A DNA stretch of 63,491 bases, filler included, from Thraustochytrium aureum (taxonomy: Eukaryota), in NCBI GenBank assembly GCA_012862495.1. It is 7 parts of 5 records of this genome, joined end to end, with 100 filler letters (N's around TTAATTAATTAA, not from the genome) between each part and the next. Parts side by side here need not be neighbours in the genome. Positions count along the whole stretch, not along the records: positions 13,396 to 29,059 come from BLSG01000296.1; positions 29,160 to 47,077 come from BLSG01000296.1; 5 more parts are not named here. One strand, written 5' to 3'. A program made the position numbers and the translations under genes. Within the stretch, counting starts at the first letter, position 1; every line of letters begins with the position of its first letter. The notes under the pieces were generated by a model. The model did not search any database, was not told where the DNA came from, and was given only the letters and a program-made list of their open reading frames with translations. Shown piece after piece: positions 26,106 through 38,767 of the stretch.

Positions 26106-26644
26106 TCTCGTGCGCCGGGCAGCCCCGCGAGGCGCTCACAGCGCCGCACGAGCCGCCTTGATCACGCGCGCCCAGTGCACCAGAAACGACCAGCAGGCCG
26201 TACCCACCTCAACTCAGGTGTCCCCCCAAGCCGCGTCAGCGGCCCTCCGCCCCGCCTCAGCGCTTCCTTCCAGCAGGCCGTCCGTCCGCGCGCCAGGCCG
26301 CGTATTCTCCCAGCCAGGACGCTCTCTACGGCCCCGCCGTCGGCCAGCCCGAGCGCGCCACCTCGCGTGTCGCAGTGCGTCTCGCCTAACCACCGCAACA
26401 ACAACCGCAGGGTGCCGGCCGGCCGACCTCCGGCGCCCTCGGGCCGCGGCCAGCACGCACACCCGCGCGCGACCGAGCCACCCAGGCAGCCAGGCAAACA
26501 CCCAGGCACGCAGGCTGGCTGGCTGGCTGGCTGGCTGGCAGGCTGGCAGGCAGGCGACACGCACAGCCGTTTGGGGCTCTGCCGCTCCCGCTGCTCTGCT
26601 GTTTCCTTTGCCGCTCATCATCGCACGACCGCCTGCAGCCAATC

Positions 26645-26875
26645 CCCCTCACAGCCCAATCCCCCTCACATCCTCCCCTCTCCTCACATCCTCCTCTCCT
26701 CACATCCTCCTCTCCTCACAGCCTCCTCTCCTCACAGCCTCCCTCTCCTCACATCCTCCCTCTCCTCACAGCCTCCCTTCTCTCCACTGCCTCCCTTCTC
26801 CTCACAGCCTCCCTTCTCTCCACTGCCTCCGTTCCTCTCACAGCTTCTGCTCGCCTCACGGCACTCCGCCCTCAC
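26645..26875. repeat. Pyrimidine-rich degenerate minisatellite (CTCTCCTCACA[G/T]CCTCC-like units)
   Basis: Repeated ctcctcacagcctcc / ctcctcacatcctcc units before a long N gap, with a (GGCT)n run just upstream at ~26513-26545. Confidence 0.85.
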
Positions 26876-29577
26876 AGCGGCACTTCTCCCTCTCTGTATC
26901 TCTCTCTGTCGGTGGGCGTGATTGATGTGAGGGGCTGGGAACGTCGCTGTGAGGAGGGCCAAGATTGACACCTTGGGGTTGGNNNNNNNNNNNNNNNNNN
27001 NNNNNNNNNNNNNNNNNNNNNNNNNNNNNNNNNNNNNNNNNNNNNNNNNNNNNNNNNNNNNNNNNNNNNNNNNNNNNNNNNNNNNNNNNNNNNNNNNNNN
27101 NNNNNNNNNNNNNNNNNNNNNNNNNNNNNNNNNNNNNNNNNNNNNNNNNNNNNNNNNNNNNNNNNNNNNNNNNNNNNNNNNNNNNNNNNNNNNNNNNNNN
27201 NNNNNNNNNNNNNNNNNNNNNNNNNNNNNNNNNNNNNNNNNNNNNNNNNNNNNNNNNNNNNNNNNNNNNNNNNNNNNNNNNNNNNNNNNNNNNNNNNNNN
27301 NNNNNNNNNNNNNNNNNNNNNNNNNNNNNNNNNNNNNNNNNNNNNNNNNNNNNNNNNNNNNNNNNNNNNNNNNNNNNNNNNNNNNNNNNNNNNNNNNNNN
27401 NNNNNNNNNNNNNNNNNNNNNNNNNNNNNNNNNNNNNNNNNNNNNNNNNNNNNNNNNNNNNNNNNNNNNNNNNNNNNNNNNNNNNNNNNNNNNNNNNNNN
27501 NNNNNNNNNNNNNNNNNNNNNNNNNNNNNNNNNNNNNNNNNNNNNNNNNNNNNNNNNNNNNNNNNNNNNNNNNNNNNNNNNNNNNNNNNNNNNNNNNNNN
27601 NNNNNNNNNNNNNNNNNNNNNNNNNNNNNNNNNNNNNNNNNNNNNNNNNNNNNNNNNNNNNNNNNNNNNNNNNNNNNNNNNNNNNNNNNNNNNNNNNNNN
27701 NNNNNNNNNNNNNNNNNNNNNNNNNNNNNNNNNNNNNNNNNNNNNNNNNNNNNNNNNNNNNNNNNNNNNNNNNNNNNNNNNNNNNNNNNNNNNNNNNNNN
27801 NNNNNNNNNNNNNNNNNNNNNNNNNNNNNNNNNNNNNNNGACGAGGCCCGAGCATGCGGCAGCAGGGCTGTGCTAGTCGGCGAGCGGCAGCAACCGCCAT
27901 TTCACTCCAAACGCAAGAAAAAATCATTTTGACCCCAAGTTCAGCAGCAACAAACCACTCGGATGCAGCAAGTCGAATCCATCCAACGTGAAGAGGCCCC
28001 GCCCAGCCTCGTGCGCCGGCATCACGACAAGCGCAACCTGTTTTCACGCCGGCTTCACGGCCGTTTTCGCAAGCTGCAAGAGTACCGCTCACCACAACGC
28101 GATGCAGCGCGACCGGATTGGCAGTAAGCGCCAACCGCCGGGAGGAGCCCACCCACCCCCAGCCCTCCAAAGCAAGGCAATCGCAGCCGCTGCCGTCCCT
28201 GGCGGCGCATGACATTCTAATTTTCGTTCGTCAACAATCAATCAAGAAAAAATGCAAGTTCGCTTTCCCAAGCCAAACCAGAGCGAAAAGCGAACCTGGA
28301 AAAAGAGAGCGGGTTTCCTTTCACACCGATTCCGGCTCATTCACACTTTTATTCACACTTTCAGTACAATGTACTCTCCTTACTTTGCGCTTTTATCATT
28401 GACAGTGCGTCGTGCAGAGAACGAAAACGCACTGCAGACAAAAAGACGCCGCCAACCCCCCCGCCCCAACCACGCCGACAGACTCGGCAAGGCCGGTGGA
28501 GCACGCGCTGGCGTGCGTGCTGGCCGTTGCGCGCCGCTCGAGGTTGCCTGGTAGGCCCAGAGGAAAGGTGGAAGGGAAAAATTCGCTCCACCCACCCGCG
28601 GCGAGAGCGTGACGACCTGGCAGCAACCAATGAATGGTTGATGCTGGTTGAGAGCGCAGCGAGCGAGCGAGTTTTGGCTTTTTGGTGAGAGCAAGAAGCG
28701 TTTGGAAACTTTGGAATCACGGTGGAGTTGACGCAAATCCCACCTTCGTCGATCCGTTCGTGCGGATCGATCCACGTGTGTGACTTGGGCTGCCGGAGGA
28801 GATCAGAGCGAGGAGCTCCTCGACACGTGAACACGCGGCGCAGCCGCACTCCCTCGAGCATCCCACGTACGAACGCGGCCTGCGACGCTCGCCCAGGCCG
28901 ACCTTGCAGCTCGTGCCTCGGTACTCGGTAACTTTTTTTCCCTTTCTCCCGAAGATCGCGCGCCAAGCGTTAGTTTTGTTCGAGATCTTTCCTTCGTCTG
29001 TCGTCAGTCAGTCTGCCTGCCTGCCTGCCTGCCTGCCAGCGGGGCACGGGGAAAAACCCNNNNNNNNNNNNNNNNNNNNNNNNNNNNNNNNNNNNNNNNN
29101 NNNTTAATTAATTAANNNNNNNNNNNNNNNNNNNNNNNNNNNNNNNNNNNNNNNNNNNNTGACGCGGTTCTTAATAGCGGGTCAGCTTGCCCAGCTTGGC
29201 GCATAGTTAACCGACCCACCGGCTGGTCCGTTATTAGAGGCAGATAGGGCGAAGGTTTGCGAGTCTGTTTTTCCGGTGCAATTAGAGGGGTGCTATTTTA
29301 GAGGGGTACGGTAGCATAGGTGTTATTATAAAGTGCGCCGGGTCCGGTAGAAACGTGATACGGCCAAGGTGAAGATGGAGTGATTTAGCGGGTTATATGT
29401 CGGTTGAGAGATGGTGCCGTGGATGCGGAGAATGTGGATGAGCGGCGGTGGGGACGAGCGCGCCAGGGACTCAATGCACGAGGAGGAGCCGCGGGCCGCG
29501 AGGACGTGCTCGTGAAGGCGCTTTTGAGGCGCATTTTTGTGCCACGGTCGCGGTATTGTTTGGGCGCACAGCGCAGC

Positions 29578-30237
29578 ATGGACGGGGAGATCGTCAAGAC
29601 AGGCGAGAAGCGCCAAGTCGATGAACGTATTCGAGATTGCCAGCTGACGGGCAAGGATGAACTCAACCTGGCGGCGCTCAAGCTCGAGCTCTTTCCTGGG
29701 GACGCCTTTGCGGTGGCCTTTATTCGGACGCTCAACCTCCGCGGGAACGGGCTCGAGTACTTGCCGGGCAACATCGATCTGCTGAAAAACCTCGAGATAC
29801 TCAACATCTCGTTCAACAAGCTCCGGGAAATCCCACCAGGCCTCGGCAACTTGGAGCGGCTCGAAAAGCTTCAGCTTCAGTCGAACAAGCTCGCGCAGCT
29901 GCCGAGCGAGCTGGGGGCTCTGAGCCGCCTCAAGGAGCTCTACATTGGCGACAACCGGTTGGCAGACCTACCCGATGCAATCTGCAACCTAGTTCGCCTC
30001 GAGTCCCTGGACGCGCGCAACAACGACCTTGCGGAGTTTCCGGAGGACTTTACCACCAAGAGCCTGCCAAACTTGAGAATCGTAAACTTCGAGGGCAACC
30101 CGATTCGCGCATGGCCCTGGTCGATTAAGTGCCTGCAGGAAGCCTTTCCGGTCCTCATGAACTCTGAGGAGCGCCGCCGTCTTGTGAAGCGCAGCTTGCG
30201 AACGAGACAGCAGGTCAACGAGCGGCTGGTCGTGTAG
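29578..30237 (+). CDS. Small leucine-rich-repeat protein (219 aa)
   Basis: About six LxxLxLxxNxLxxLP repeats (e.g. LEILNISFNKLREIP, LEKLQLQSNKLAQLP) and a cap NFEGNPI. Confidence 0.92.
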   Translation: MDGEIVKTGEKRQVDERIRDCQLTGKDELNLAALKLELFPGDAFAVAFIRTLNLRGNGLEYLPGNIDLLKNLEILNISFNKLREIPPGLGNLERLEKLQLQSNKLAQLPSELGALSRLKELYIGDNRLADLPDAICNLVRLESLDARNNDLAEFPEDFTTKSLPNLRIVNFEGNPIRAWPWSIKCLQEAFPVLMNSEERRRLVKRSLRTRQQVNERLVV

Positions 30238-30405
30238 ATCTGCGAGCTGCTCGAGCTGGCCTGCTTGGGCTTGAGGGCCTCGCGCTTCCTGAAGAAAATG
30301 ACGAAGACTGAATCCTAGTTTCTTTTTTGTGTGTATGTAGTAGAGTACTTTGGCGGGCGACGAAAAGCAACAATCAGTCGGCAGGGGCGCCTGCGCCTGC
30401 TCCAT

Positions 30406-33400
30406 TCATGGCCGGTCTGTTCCAACTCGGCCTGCATCACTCTCGCCCAGTCTGAGGGTCATGTGAGTCTCTGCAGAGTCGAAAACGATTTCCACCTCTG
30501 CAGCAAGTCGGGCAGCAATGGCAGCTGCGTCGGCGCGCTCAGACTCGGCGAGCTCGACACTCGTCGACGCCTGCTGCGAGATGGACGGGCAGTATACCCG
30601 AATGTGGATGCCTCGAATGACCGAGCTGTCTGCCTTGTCGACGAGCTCGTGCGCCGTCACAACAGAATAGACGCCAGACACGCGGCCCACCCGACGCGCC
30701 AAAAGCGCCCGAGACATAACATTTGGGAGGAGGAAGCGGCGCTCGTTCCAGCCCGCCCCTGCTTCGACCGACTCCTCTGAAGTGGCAGCCGATCGCTGGT
30801 CCACAGATGCTTCGCTCTCAGCGCCGTCCTTGTCCTCTCCCTGAGCGGCATCGCCTTGCAGGTCACTGCCGGGCTCGGCAAATGCTCGGTCCACCTTGTC
30901 TGTTATGCCGCGAAGGTACGCCGACATCGACTTTCGATTTTCAACGTAGTCGGTCGCGTGCTGAACGACGAGGCGCCGCCGCAATAGATCGAGAACCAAC
31001 TCGTGCGCCAACGGCTGGCGCGAGGCCCGCCGACGCACGCGTCGAGAGCTGCGCTGGTGCGTTCGCAACGAGGCACGCGAACGTGCGCTTTGAGACCCAA
31101 AGCCGGCTCGTACACCAGTATCCACAGCGCATACTGGTCTGCACCGGCTCCAGCGAGCGAGAGCTGCTCGGCGCTCTGCTCCACCAGCAGCGCAGTGACG
31201 ATGACAGAGACCGCGTTTGACGAGTGAATCCCTGTCGAAAATAGCTTTGCTGGACCGCCGCGCCCTTGGTCTGTTGAAAACGGCGCCGGTGGTGCAAATA
31301 CGCGCTCCTTCCGGATCTGCCGCCACGGGGCCAAGAGCTCGTCCGGGCACGTCGCGTCGAGGCTGCGCCGGATGCGGAGCACGGGCACGAGCTTTTTGAC
31401 CATCTCCTTGCGCGCGAGCGGAGCCAAGAGCCTGCGATCGCCGTCGATGGCCTCGAAAAGGTCGGCAGCCGCCAGCTCGAGACGGATGCTGCTCTGGCGC
31501 TCCGGACTGTACGCGTATACTCGCAGAGTTGGCGCCTCACCGCCGCCCTGCTCCTCGAGGAGCTCGGCTGCGCCAGTCTCGAACACGGTGACGATTACAA
31601 ACTCTGTGAGGTTGCTCGTCGTCTCATGGAGCACAGGGACGTTGTGACCGACACTGAGCAGCTTGGAGCCGCGCTCTGTGCCAGCAGTGTGCTCGCCGTC
31701 GGGCAGAATCACGCGCTCCTCGCTGAGCGCGTTGGCCTCCGCGTCGTCGATGTCCGTCTTGTTGAAAGGCGTGACCTTGTCCACGCCAAAGAGCTTGCTC
31801 TGCTTGACGACCAAGCACAACGTAGCAGCAGCGGCCTTGCTTCCCTCCTCGGCCGCCTCAACGCGGCCATCTTCAGCGCCGGACAGGTTGGACGGTGGCC
31901 TCCTCTCGAGAAACAGGCGCTCCTTGAGCAGATATGCGACGAGTTCGAGGTCTTTGCCCGAGCTGAGAAGGTCCTGCCGAGGGCCGACGGCCGCGCGGAG
32001 TTCGTCTGTCGTAAGCAAGGCCAGTCGCGACGTCTCCCGAGTTGCCGGGTCATAGGCTTGAAATACGAGCCCGCGCTCGGGCTGGTGCTCTGAATTGAAG
32101 CGGTCTGCTTCTCCCTCCGGCAGAGCACCCTGAACCCACACGGAGAATACGACGTAGCGACCTGCAGGACCACCAATGCGGTGGCCGTGCTTGTATACGA
32201 GCTCGCCGGGGGGCGTCGAGCTCCTATCGGCGACCGGCACTGAGCGTGTGACATCCAAGTTGACCACATCGAGCTCGGCTGAGATCACTTGCGGAAGCGG
32301 CGCCATGCGTAGCTTCGCGGCGGCGCCTTCGATCTGGGGCTTGTCGGCGGTCGCTCCTCCGCTATCGAGACCCACTGGCTCGACGTTGGGCGCCGCGTCT
32401 AAGGCAGCTGCACCATCAGCGGAAGCAGTGCCGTTGGGGACAGCAGCGCAGTCAGTGACCTCTGCCCTTGGGCTCGAGGGCTCTGGGTCAGGCTGCAATT
32501 TGGCGGCCTGTGGCACAAGCTCGATCGACTCTTGGGTCAGCACGCGCATCTCCGCATGCCCAAGAACCTGGCCGTTGTGCCACGCGACAAGAGATAGAGG
32601 CGCCTCCGCGCTTGGCGGAGCGCTCAGACGCAGGCTGGCGAGCACCGCCTTGAAGTCCTCCGAAGTCTGGCACAGCAGGCGCCCCCCGAGGATCGCGGCG
32701 ACTTGGTCCTCCGAGAGGCAGAGTTGGTACCTGGCGCCCGTCTCGCTGTCAACGGCGACGAGGTCGGCTGCAGCCTTCACCCGTGGGTTCCTAAAGTTGC
32801 TAAGCTTTGAGTCGTCATCGAGCTCGTCGTCATAGAAATCGTCGTCGTCTTCGCCCTGCACGAGGACCGAGCTGGCAGCAACGCAAAAATGAACTTCTAG
32901 CCCCTTGAAGGCTGCGGTAGGGTCTCGATGCTCGGCGTGAACAGGTTGCGCGCCATCGTCGCCTGCCGGCACTTGGGCGTTGTGCTGCGCGCCGTCCTCG
33001 CCTGCGGGCACGTGGGCGTTGTGTTGCGCTCTCCCAGACGCCGCTTCGATGGGCACTTTGCAGTGCGCGGTGAAAAGCCTGCGGTCCAAGACGACGACGC
33101 GCTCCGATCCGTCCAAGGCGGCGTTGACAGCGCCGCTCGTTGTGCTCGCGAAAGACTTGATGAAGCTCTGTTTGCGGAACTTGAGGTGACGGAAGAGCGC
33201 CTCGAGCCAAGTGCTGCGCTCGCCTTCATTCAGGGAGCCGAGAAGAAGGAGTCGCGCCTTCTCAGAGAGCACGAATTCTGCTCGCGAACTCGTCGCAGGT
33301 CGGTAGGCAACCACTCTGAGCGCCTTTGTTGCTGTGGAGACGTGCACCGCGACGAGGTGGTCACAGCCGGCAGCGCGACCTGACCCGTCCGCTATCTTGA

Positions 33401-36400
33401 CCGTCCCTTCAAAGACCTTTCGCCCAGGGACGATGCCATGGTGCACGATGAGTCCAGCGGGGCGCATTTTCGTGGCCCTGCGGAGCGTGAGACGATCCAA
33501 GAGGTGATGAACCATTTTTGTACCGCACTTGGATCGAAGGTCGCGCTGCTCGCGGCTCGAAGAGGATGCGCGCGCGATTCGCAACACGCCTTCAGTGTCG
33601 ACCGCGACGGAAAAGTTCTGGCTCGTCTCTGCTACGTAGGCCTCGAGAATGATCTCGCCTGGCGCAGCCTCGCTCGCGGTGATCGTCGTTGAGTGGGAGC
33701 CGAGCTTGCGCACCGTGCGCACGAGGCGACGCTTCTTGCGGCGCAGCACGAGCTTGAGGGGCGGAGCGGGAGCGCCAAAGGTCTTTTGGTGGGGGCGCTC
33801 GAGCGCAGCCAGTTCGAGTAGGCGCCGGTACAGCTCTGTTGCAGTTCGCGGTGGCTTGCGTGGGTCGCGCATCTCGATAGAGTTTGGCCCCAACAGCCTG
33901 TTGACGTCCGCGTCTCGAACTATGGTGACATAGTTGGCGCTCGTTGTCGGGTCGTATGCGACAAAGAACATTGACTCCGCCAAGGGGTCCCTGTGGATGC
34001 AAAAAACGAGGTGCCGTCGATTCCGGCCCTCGCGGGAGAGCGACATTGACGGAGGCATGACCTCGGTCTGCGGGGACTCGTAAACGGGTACGTTGAGCGC
34101 AACGCTGAAGACCTTGAGGTCGCGAAGAGCAACTGTGAGAAGGTGCGCAAAGGCGAGCCGCCAACCGTCGCTCTGCAAGTTGAGCTCGCCGGTCACGTGC
34201 GAAGGCCATCGGTCTTGCCGCGGCTCGTACCCGTCAGGAAACTGCTGGATGCCGTCTCTCACCGTCACAACTGACGCAAACACGTCGTTCGTTCCTTTGG
34301 AGAGCGGGGGCGGCGGGCCACCTTGCTCATGGAGGCCGAGAGCGTACTGGGTTGTCGAGAAGACCCACCACAAGATCGTCTTGGCGATCGGATAAGGGTC
34401 GAGCTCGTGCAGAGCAGCAGTTCCTGCGGGCGTGGACCCAACGAGGCTCGGAAAGCCTTCATGATTGAGGTACTCTGCGAGCGCAAGGGCGTTCTCCTGC
34501 GGCACGTCGTCCATGTTCACGTTTGCAAGTCTCCGGGCCAGTTCGCCGCACGGCAGGAGCAGCAGCGGGGCCGCGTTTTCCCACGTGACAGCGCTCACTG
34601 TACCCTGGCGCCCTGAGAAGGTCTTGTCCGGGCTGAGGAGAATCATGGTGGCCTCCATGACCAAGACGAGCGGGATGGGCGGCGCCGAGACCAAGGCTAG
34701 CTCGCCAAGCTGGCGGTGGCTCGAAGGCGACGCCAAAATAAACTCGGCGGAGCTCTTGTCTTCCTGGAACGCCTTTAGGCGCAAGTCACTCGCGAGGCGC
34801 TCGATAAGCTCAGGGTCGGTGCCCTCGAGAGGTGCAGAGCCGGTCAGCTCTTCCTCCTCGACGAGCATATTGTGCGGCCAATTGGTCCGATCCACACAAG
34901 TCCCGGCGGTTTCTAGGGCGCTCCGAATCGCGGCAAGAGCCCCGCCGTTGTCGCTGATGGGCCCCGCTTCAGGCTGCCCAAGGCCAGCTACCTGGCCAAT
35001 TCCCCGGCGACCGCGGTTTCGCTCGCACCCGCGAACGAGGATGAAAAGCGGCCGCGGCTCGAGTGTGGACTTGGCGACGAGCATCTGCCGCATGAAGGTG
35101 TTGCGCTCTTTCGCGCCGACGCCGATACTGACATCGAGCAGAACAGACTGACCGCTGTCAATGAGGTCTTGCAAGACGCGGACGTTGATCTGGCACCCGC
35201 CGACATGCGCAAAGGTACCTGGAAGCGCGGACTTGAGGCGCTCGCTAAGCTGGCGCCTCGCGCCCGCCGGCACGTCGCCAGCCAGCGCGATCACCAGAGG
35301 CCGCGGGCGCTGGGTGCGGCAGCGCAGAACGTCCTCGGGAACGTACTTTTCGGGGTCAATCTTGTCGCTGTCGTAGTCAGTTTCGCTGGGCTCCCAGAGC
35401 TCGAGGCCGCCTGGGTCGTCGGCGGCTAGGACGGCAGCCCACTCGGGCGAGTGCTCCGCGCCAGGGAGAACAAACTCGGGAACAATGTCGTGGCAGTGCA
35501 GCAGGCTCTCAAGCCACTGGAGAAGCAACTGCGAGACTTGCGCCCCGACGCGGACAGTGGCCAGGAACTTGCTGGTCAGGTTGGGGTCGTGGAAGTGCCT
35601 GCGCACGGCCTCGGCGCGCTTTGGGTGCAGGAAGAGGGCGCCGGCGTGCGCTGCTGCTGCGAGTGCCTTGACCTTGTCGAGAAAGTGTCCTCTTCGAAGC
35701 GCGCGCTTGCAGGCCTTCCAGTTCATCAGCTGCTCGACCCCAGCATCCGGCGCCCGCGTTCCTCTGGCGGTAATTAGCAGGCAGCACTGCATTAGGGACA
35801 GCATGACTGGCTCGATTTCGTCCGGCTTGACCTTGGCCAACTTTAGCAAATCGCTCTGATAAATCGAGTTGGCTGTCGAGCGGCAGAACTTGCCCATGGA
35901 GACAAGTTCGCGTTTGTGCCTGCTCCGCATCCGGCCGCGATAGGCGCGCCAGGTCCGCTGGATCATCACGCAGGCTTCCAGGCGGCGTTTTGCGGCGCGG
36001 ATTCGTCGCACACGCTGCCGCCCCGCGTGGCCCCTCACGACAGACTGGATCAGCACGGCGGTGTCGCGCTCAAGCCGCAAGGACCGGGCCCGCCACTTGC
36101 CCACCAGCATCCGAGACCAGGATTCGATGCGAAGCGCCGCATTTGACCGCGTTGTAAATATTAGCTCGAAGCGGATGCGACCAAGGCGACCGCGAACGAT
36201 GCGCTGGATCTGCTCTGCTGCGGCATGCTCTGGGCGGATCGCTGGGGCGACGAGGGCCCCCAGGGTGCCCGCAGGGGGGGCTTCTATCGCGTTGGGGGGG
36301 CGCACGCTCGCTCCGTGTCCTTCCCCGCGACTTTGCTCGGCGAGCTGGTCGAGGTCCAGGTCGACTTGGCTGGAGAAGCGGTCTGCCTCCTTGCGCTTCT

Positions 36401-38072
36401 TGGCGATCGTCTCGTTTCGGACACGCAACTGGTCTTCTTGCTGGCGCTTGCGAAATTCTTGACGAATGGCTTCCTTGCGCTCAACAAGGAGCAGTTTATG
36501 CTCGAGCTCCGCCTGGCGCCTGGCTACTTCCTCCTCGGTGCGCGCAACGACGGACTCCTTGACCAGGAGGGCTCTCGCGCGGTGCGCTGGGTCCGCGGTG
36601 CCGGCCACGCTCATTGCTGCTTCGTGGTCGGCTTCGGCCTGAAGCACGGCGAGCTCCTGGCGCGAACGCTCCAGCGTTCCGCGCATGAGAACAAGCTCGG
36701 ATTCTAGGGACACGGTCTCGCTCTTGGCACGCCGAATCTCGAGCTCGATCTGCGCGGCCCGGCTGCGGCGCATGGGCGTTTGCCGCTTGCCCATGGCGCG
36801 CTTCTTGGTGATTGGGCCCAGCTCGCCACCTTGTTTCGCCTTTTCTGCGATGTACGAGCCGTTCTTCCAGTTGCGCCGGTCGGCGGCGCGTGCGACGCGC
36901 TTTGCTGCCGGGGAGAGGGTTGGATCTTGGTCGAGGACGTCTCGGGCTTGCGGGACCGGCATCGTCTTCGTGCCGTGGATGTTGGACTCGTCCTTGCCGA
37001 GCTCCACAGGGACGACAAGGCCCAGCTGGTTTCGGGTGAACCGGCCGAACATCTCCTCCTCTTGCAGCAGGACGCGCTCGGCTTCTACTACACGAATCAT
37101 GTCGACTTCGTCGTGCGGTACCGTAAGCGCGGCGGCCTGGTCTGCCTCGGCCGCCTTTCTCTTAGTCGCGTCATCCTGGTCGTGCTGTTGTGCTTGCAGC
37201 CGCCGCTGCGCTGCCTGCGGAGAGGCTGGAGTCGCTTTGGTGGGCTGCATGGACGGGTCGTTGAGCACAGGGGTGGTATAGGGGTTGGCTCCGTTCCGTG
37301 AGGAGGCAGACCGAGAGCCTGAAGGAGCTCCTCTTGCGCGCTTGCGCGAGCGGTGCGAGGGGCTCTCTGGGGCGCCGGAGCTGGTTGGGGTTCTTGCAGG
37401 CGAGGGTCCACCGCTGGTGCCGTTCAGGCGTCGCGCGGAGCCTGCTGTTGAGCGTCTCTTGGACGACGCCGTGCTTGGCGTCATAGTTCCCGAGTTGGCG
37501 CTCGCTGCTGGGCTCTCGTCCAGGTTGCGCTCAACCATAAACGGGTTTCGAACTGCTGTTGCGCCAAGCCACCCGCGGACAGCTGCGCTCTTGTCGAGGA
37601 AGTCGAGGTCTGAGGGCATGCGCAAGAGGTAGTTGATCCCATTCCACACAAACTGAGACCCGGGTGGCGCCCCGCGCTTCCAGCGCACGATGCTCTCGAC
37701 GGCTTCCAGCGATACTGTGCGGGTAAGTTCGACAAGGTCGCAGAAGTGGTCTTGGTGAGGCGCTATGTTCTTCTTCGCGAGTTGCTTGAGACGCTCCAAA
37801 TAATTCTCACGCAGCACAATGCACTTGAGGACCTCCACCTCCTTTGTCGGGTCCGTGCCGCTCGGCCTCTGGAAGGTGACCCCGCTCGACGCAGTCGAGG
37901 TGCTTCGCAGAGCGACGGGAGCGCGCGCCCCGGCTTCGCCGGTCGGCCCGGTGCGAGTCGTTCTCTTTGCTTGCATCTTTGCAGACTTGATCACCTGCCT
38001 TTGCATCTGCGGCGACCGCGCCATCGCGCAGTGCGGGTCGCGCAGTGCCGCATAGGCCGGTATTTCCGCCAT
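30406..38072 (-). CDS. Giant (~2550 aa) protein with a coiled coil, four IQ motifs and two dynein-stalk-MTBD-like modules; apparent frameshift at ~31027
   Basis: Unbroken 7-kb ORF. IQ-like motifs IQRIVRGRLGR, IESWSRMLVGK, IQSVVRGHAGR, IQRTWRAYRGR. Adding one base at 31026-31028 continues it into ORF 30406-31350. Start codon uncertain. Confidence 0.85.
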
Positions 38073-38767
38073 TTCGCTTTCGCTCGCCTCGTTGTCACAA
38101 GCGAGCTGGAGGCCTACGAACCCAACCGGCCGGCCTGCTGGCGAGGCCAGCCGCGCTATCCCTCCGTGCAATCGCGAGCTTCACGACAAGCGCCGCTCTG
38201 GCTCCCGCTCAGCCAAGGCCTTGCCGCTTGCCGCTTCGGCTCTGCTGGTGCTGCGACTGGACGTCGCCTGCGTTGCTTGCCGTCTCACCGGATAAAAAAT
38301 CCCTCAGTTTCCTCCGCGCGTCACATGAACTCCCCTGTGACGTGAATCAGGGTGCGCAAATCATAAACGATACGAGGGCTGGTGACGCGCGAGAGTCGCC
38401 CGCAACCGGGCGGCGGGCAACCTAACGCTCTGCGCGGCACATGCATGCGCGCAGATTGGGACAGCGGGCGGCGACGCTACGCGGTGGAATCGCAAGTGGT
38501 TGTGCTGTTATTTTCTTGGTCTGGCTCGATGTGGCGCGGGTGCTGTCGCGGTGGTAACGGGTTTGGTATGGTCTATGCTCAGGCCAAGCGCGCCAGTCAG
38601 TGGCGCGCGCGCCGCGTTTGCGTCGCAGCTGACGCGACGCTAGGCACGGTGTTCTTCTACTCAGCCTCAGCCTTCGGCCTCGGCCTTACGCCCGGCGAGC
38701 GTGGTCCTGGCTGCTGCTGCATTTGCTCACGCATCGTCGATTTGCGGACTGCGAGGTTGCAAGTCGC

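Noticed and set aside
26645..26875. CRISPR-like array in the repeat tracts (also 19925-20011 and 60262-60423)
   Set aside because: These are tandem low-complexity units without unique spacers or cas genes, in a eukaryotic context.
32947..33030. 39-bp in-frame tandem duplication in the giant IQ gene (AQHNAHVPAGEDG / AQHNAQVPAGDDG), and SQPDSVP repeats at the CCDC93 C-terminus
   Set aside because: Ordinary slippage duplications in disordered linkers.
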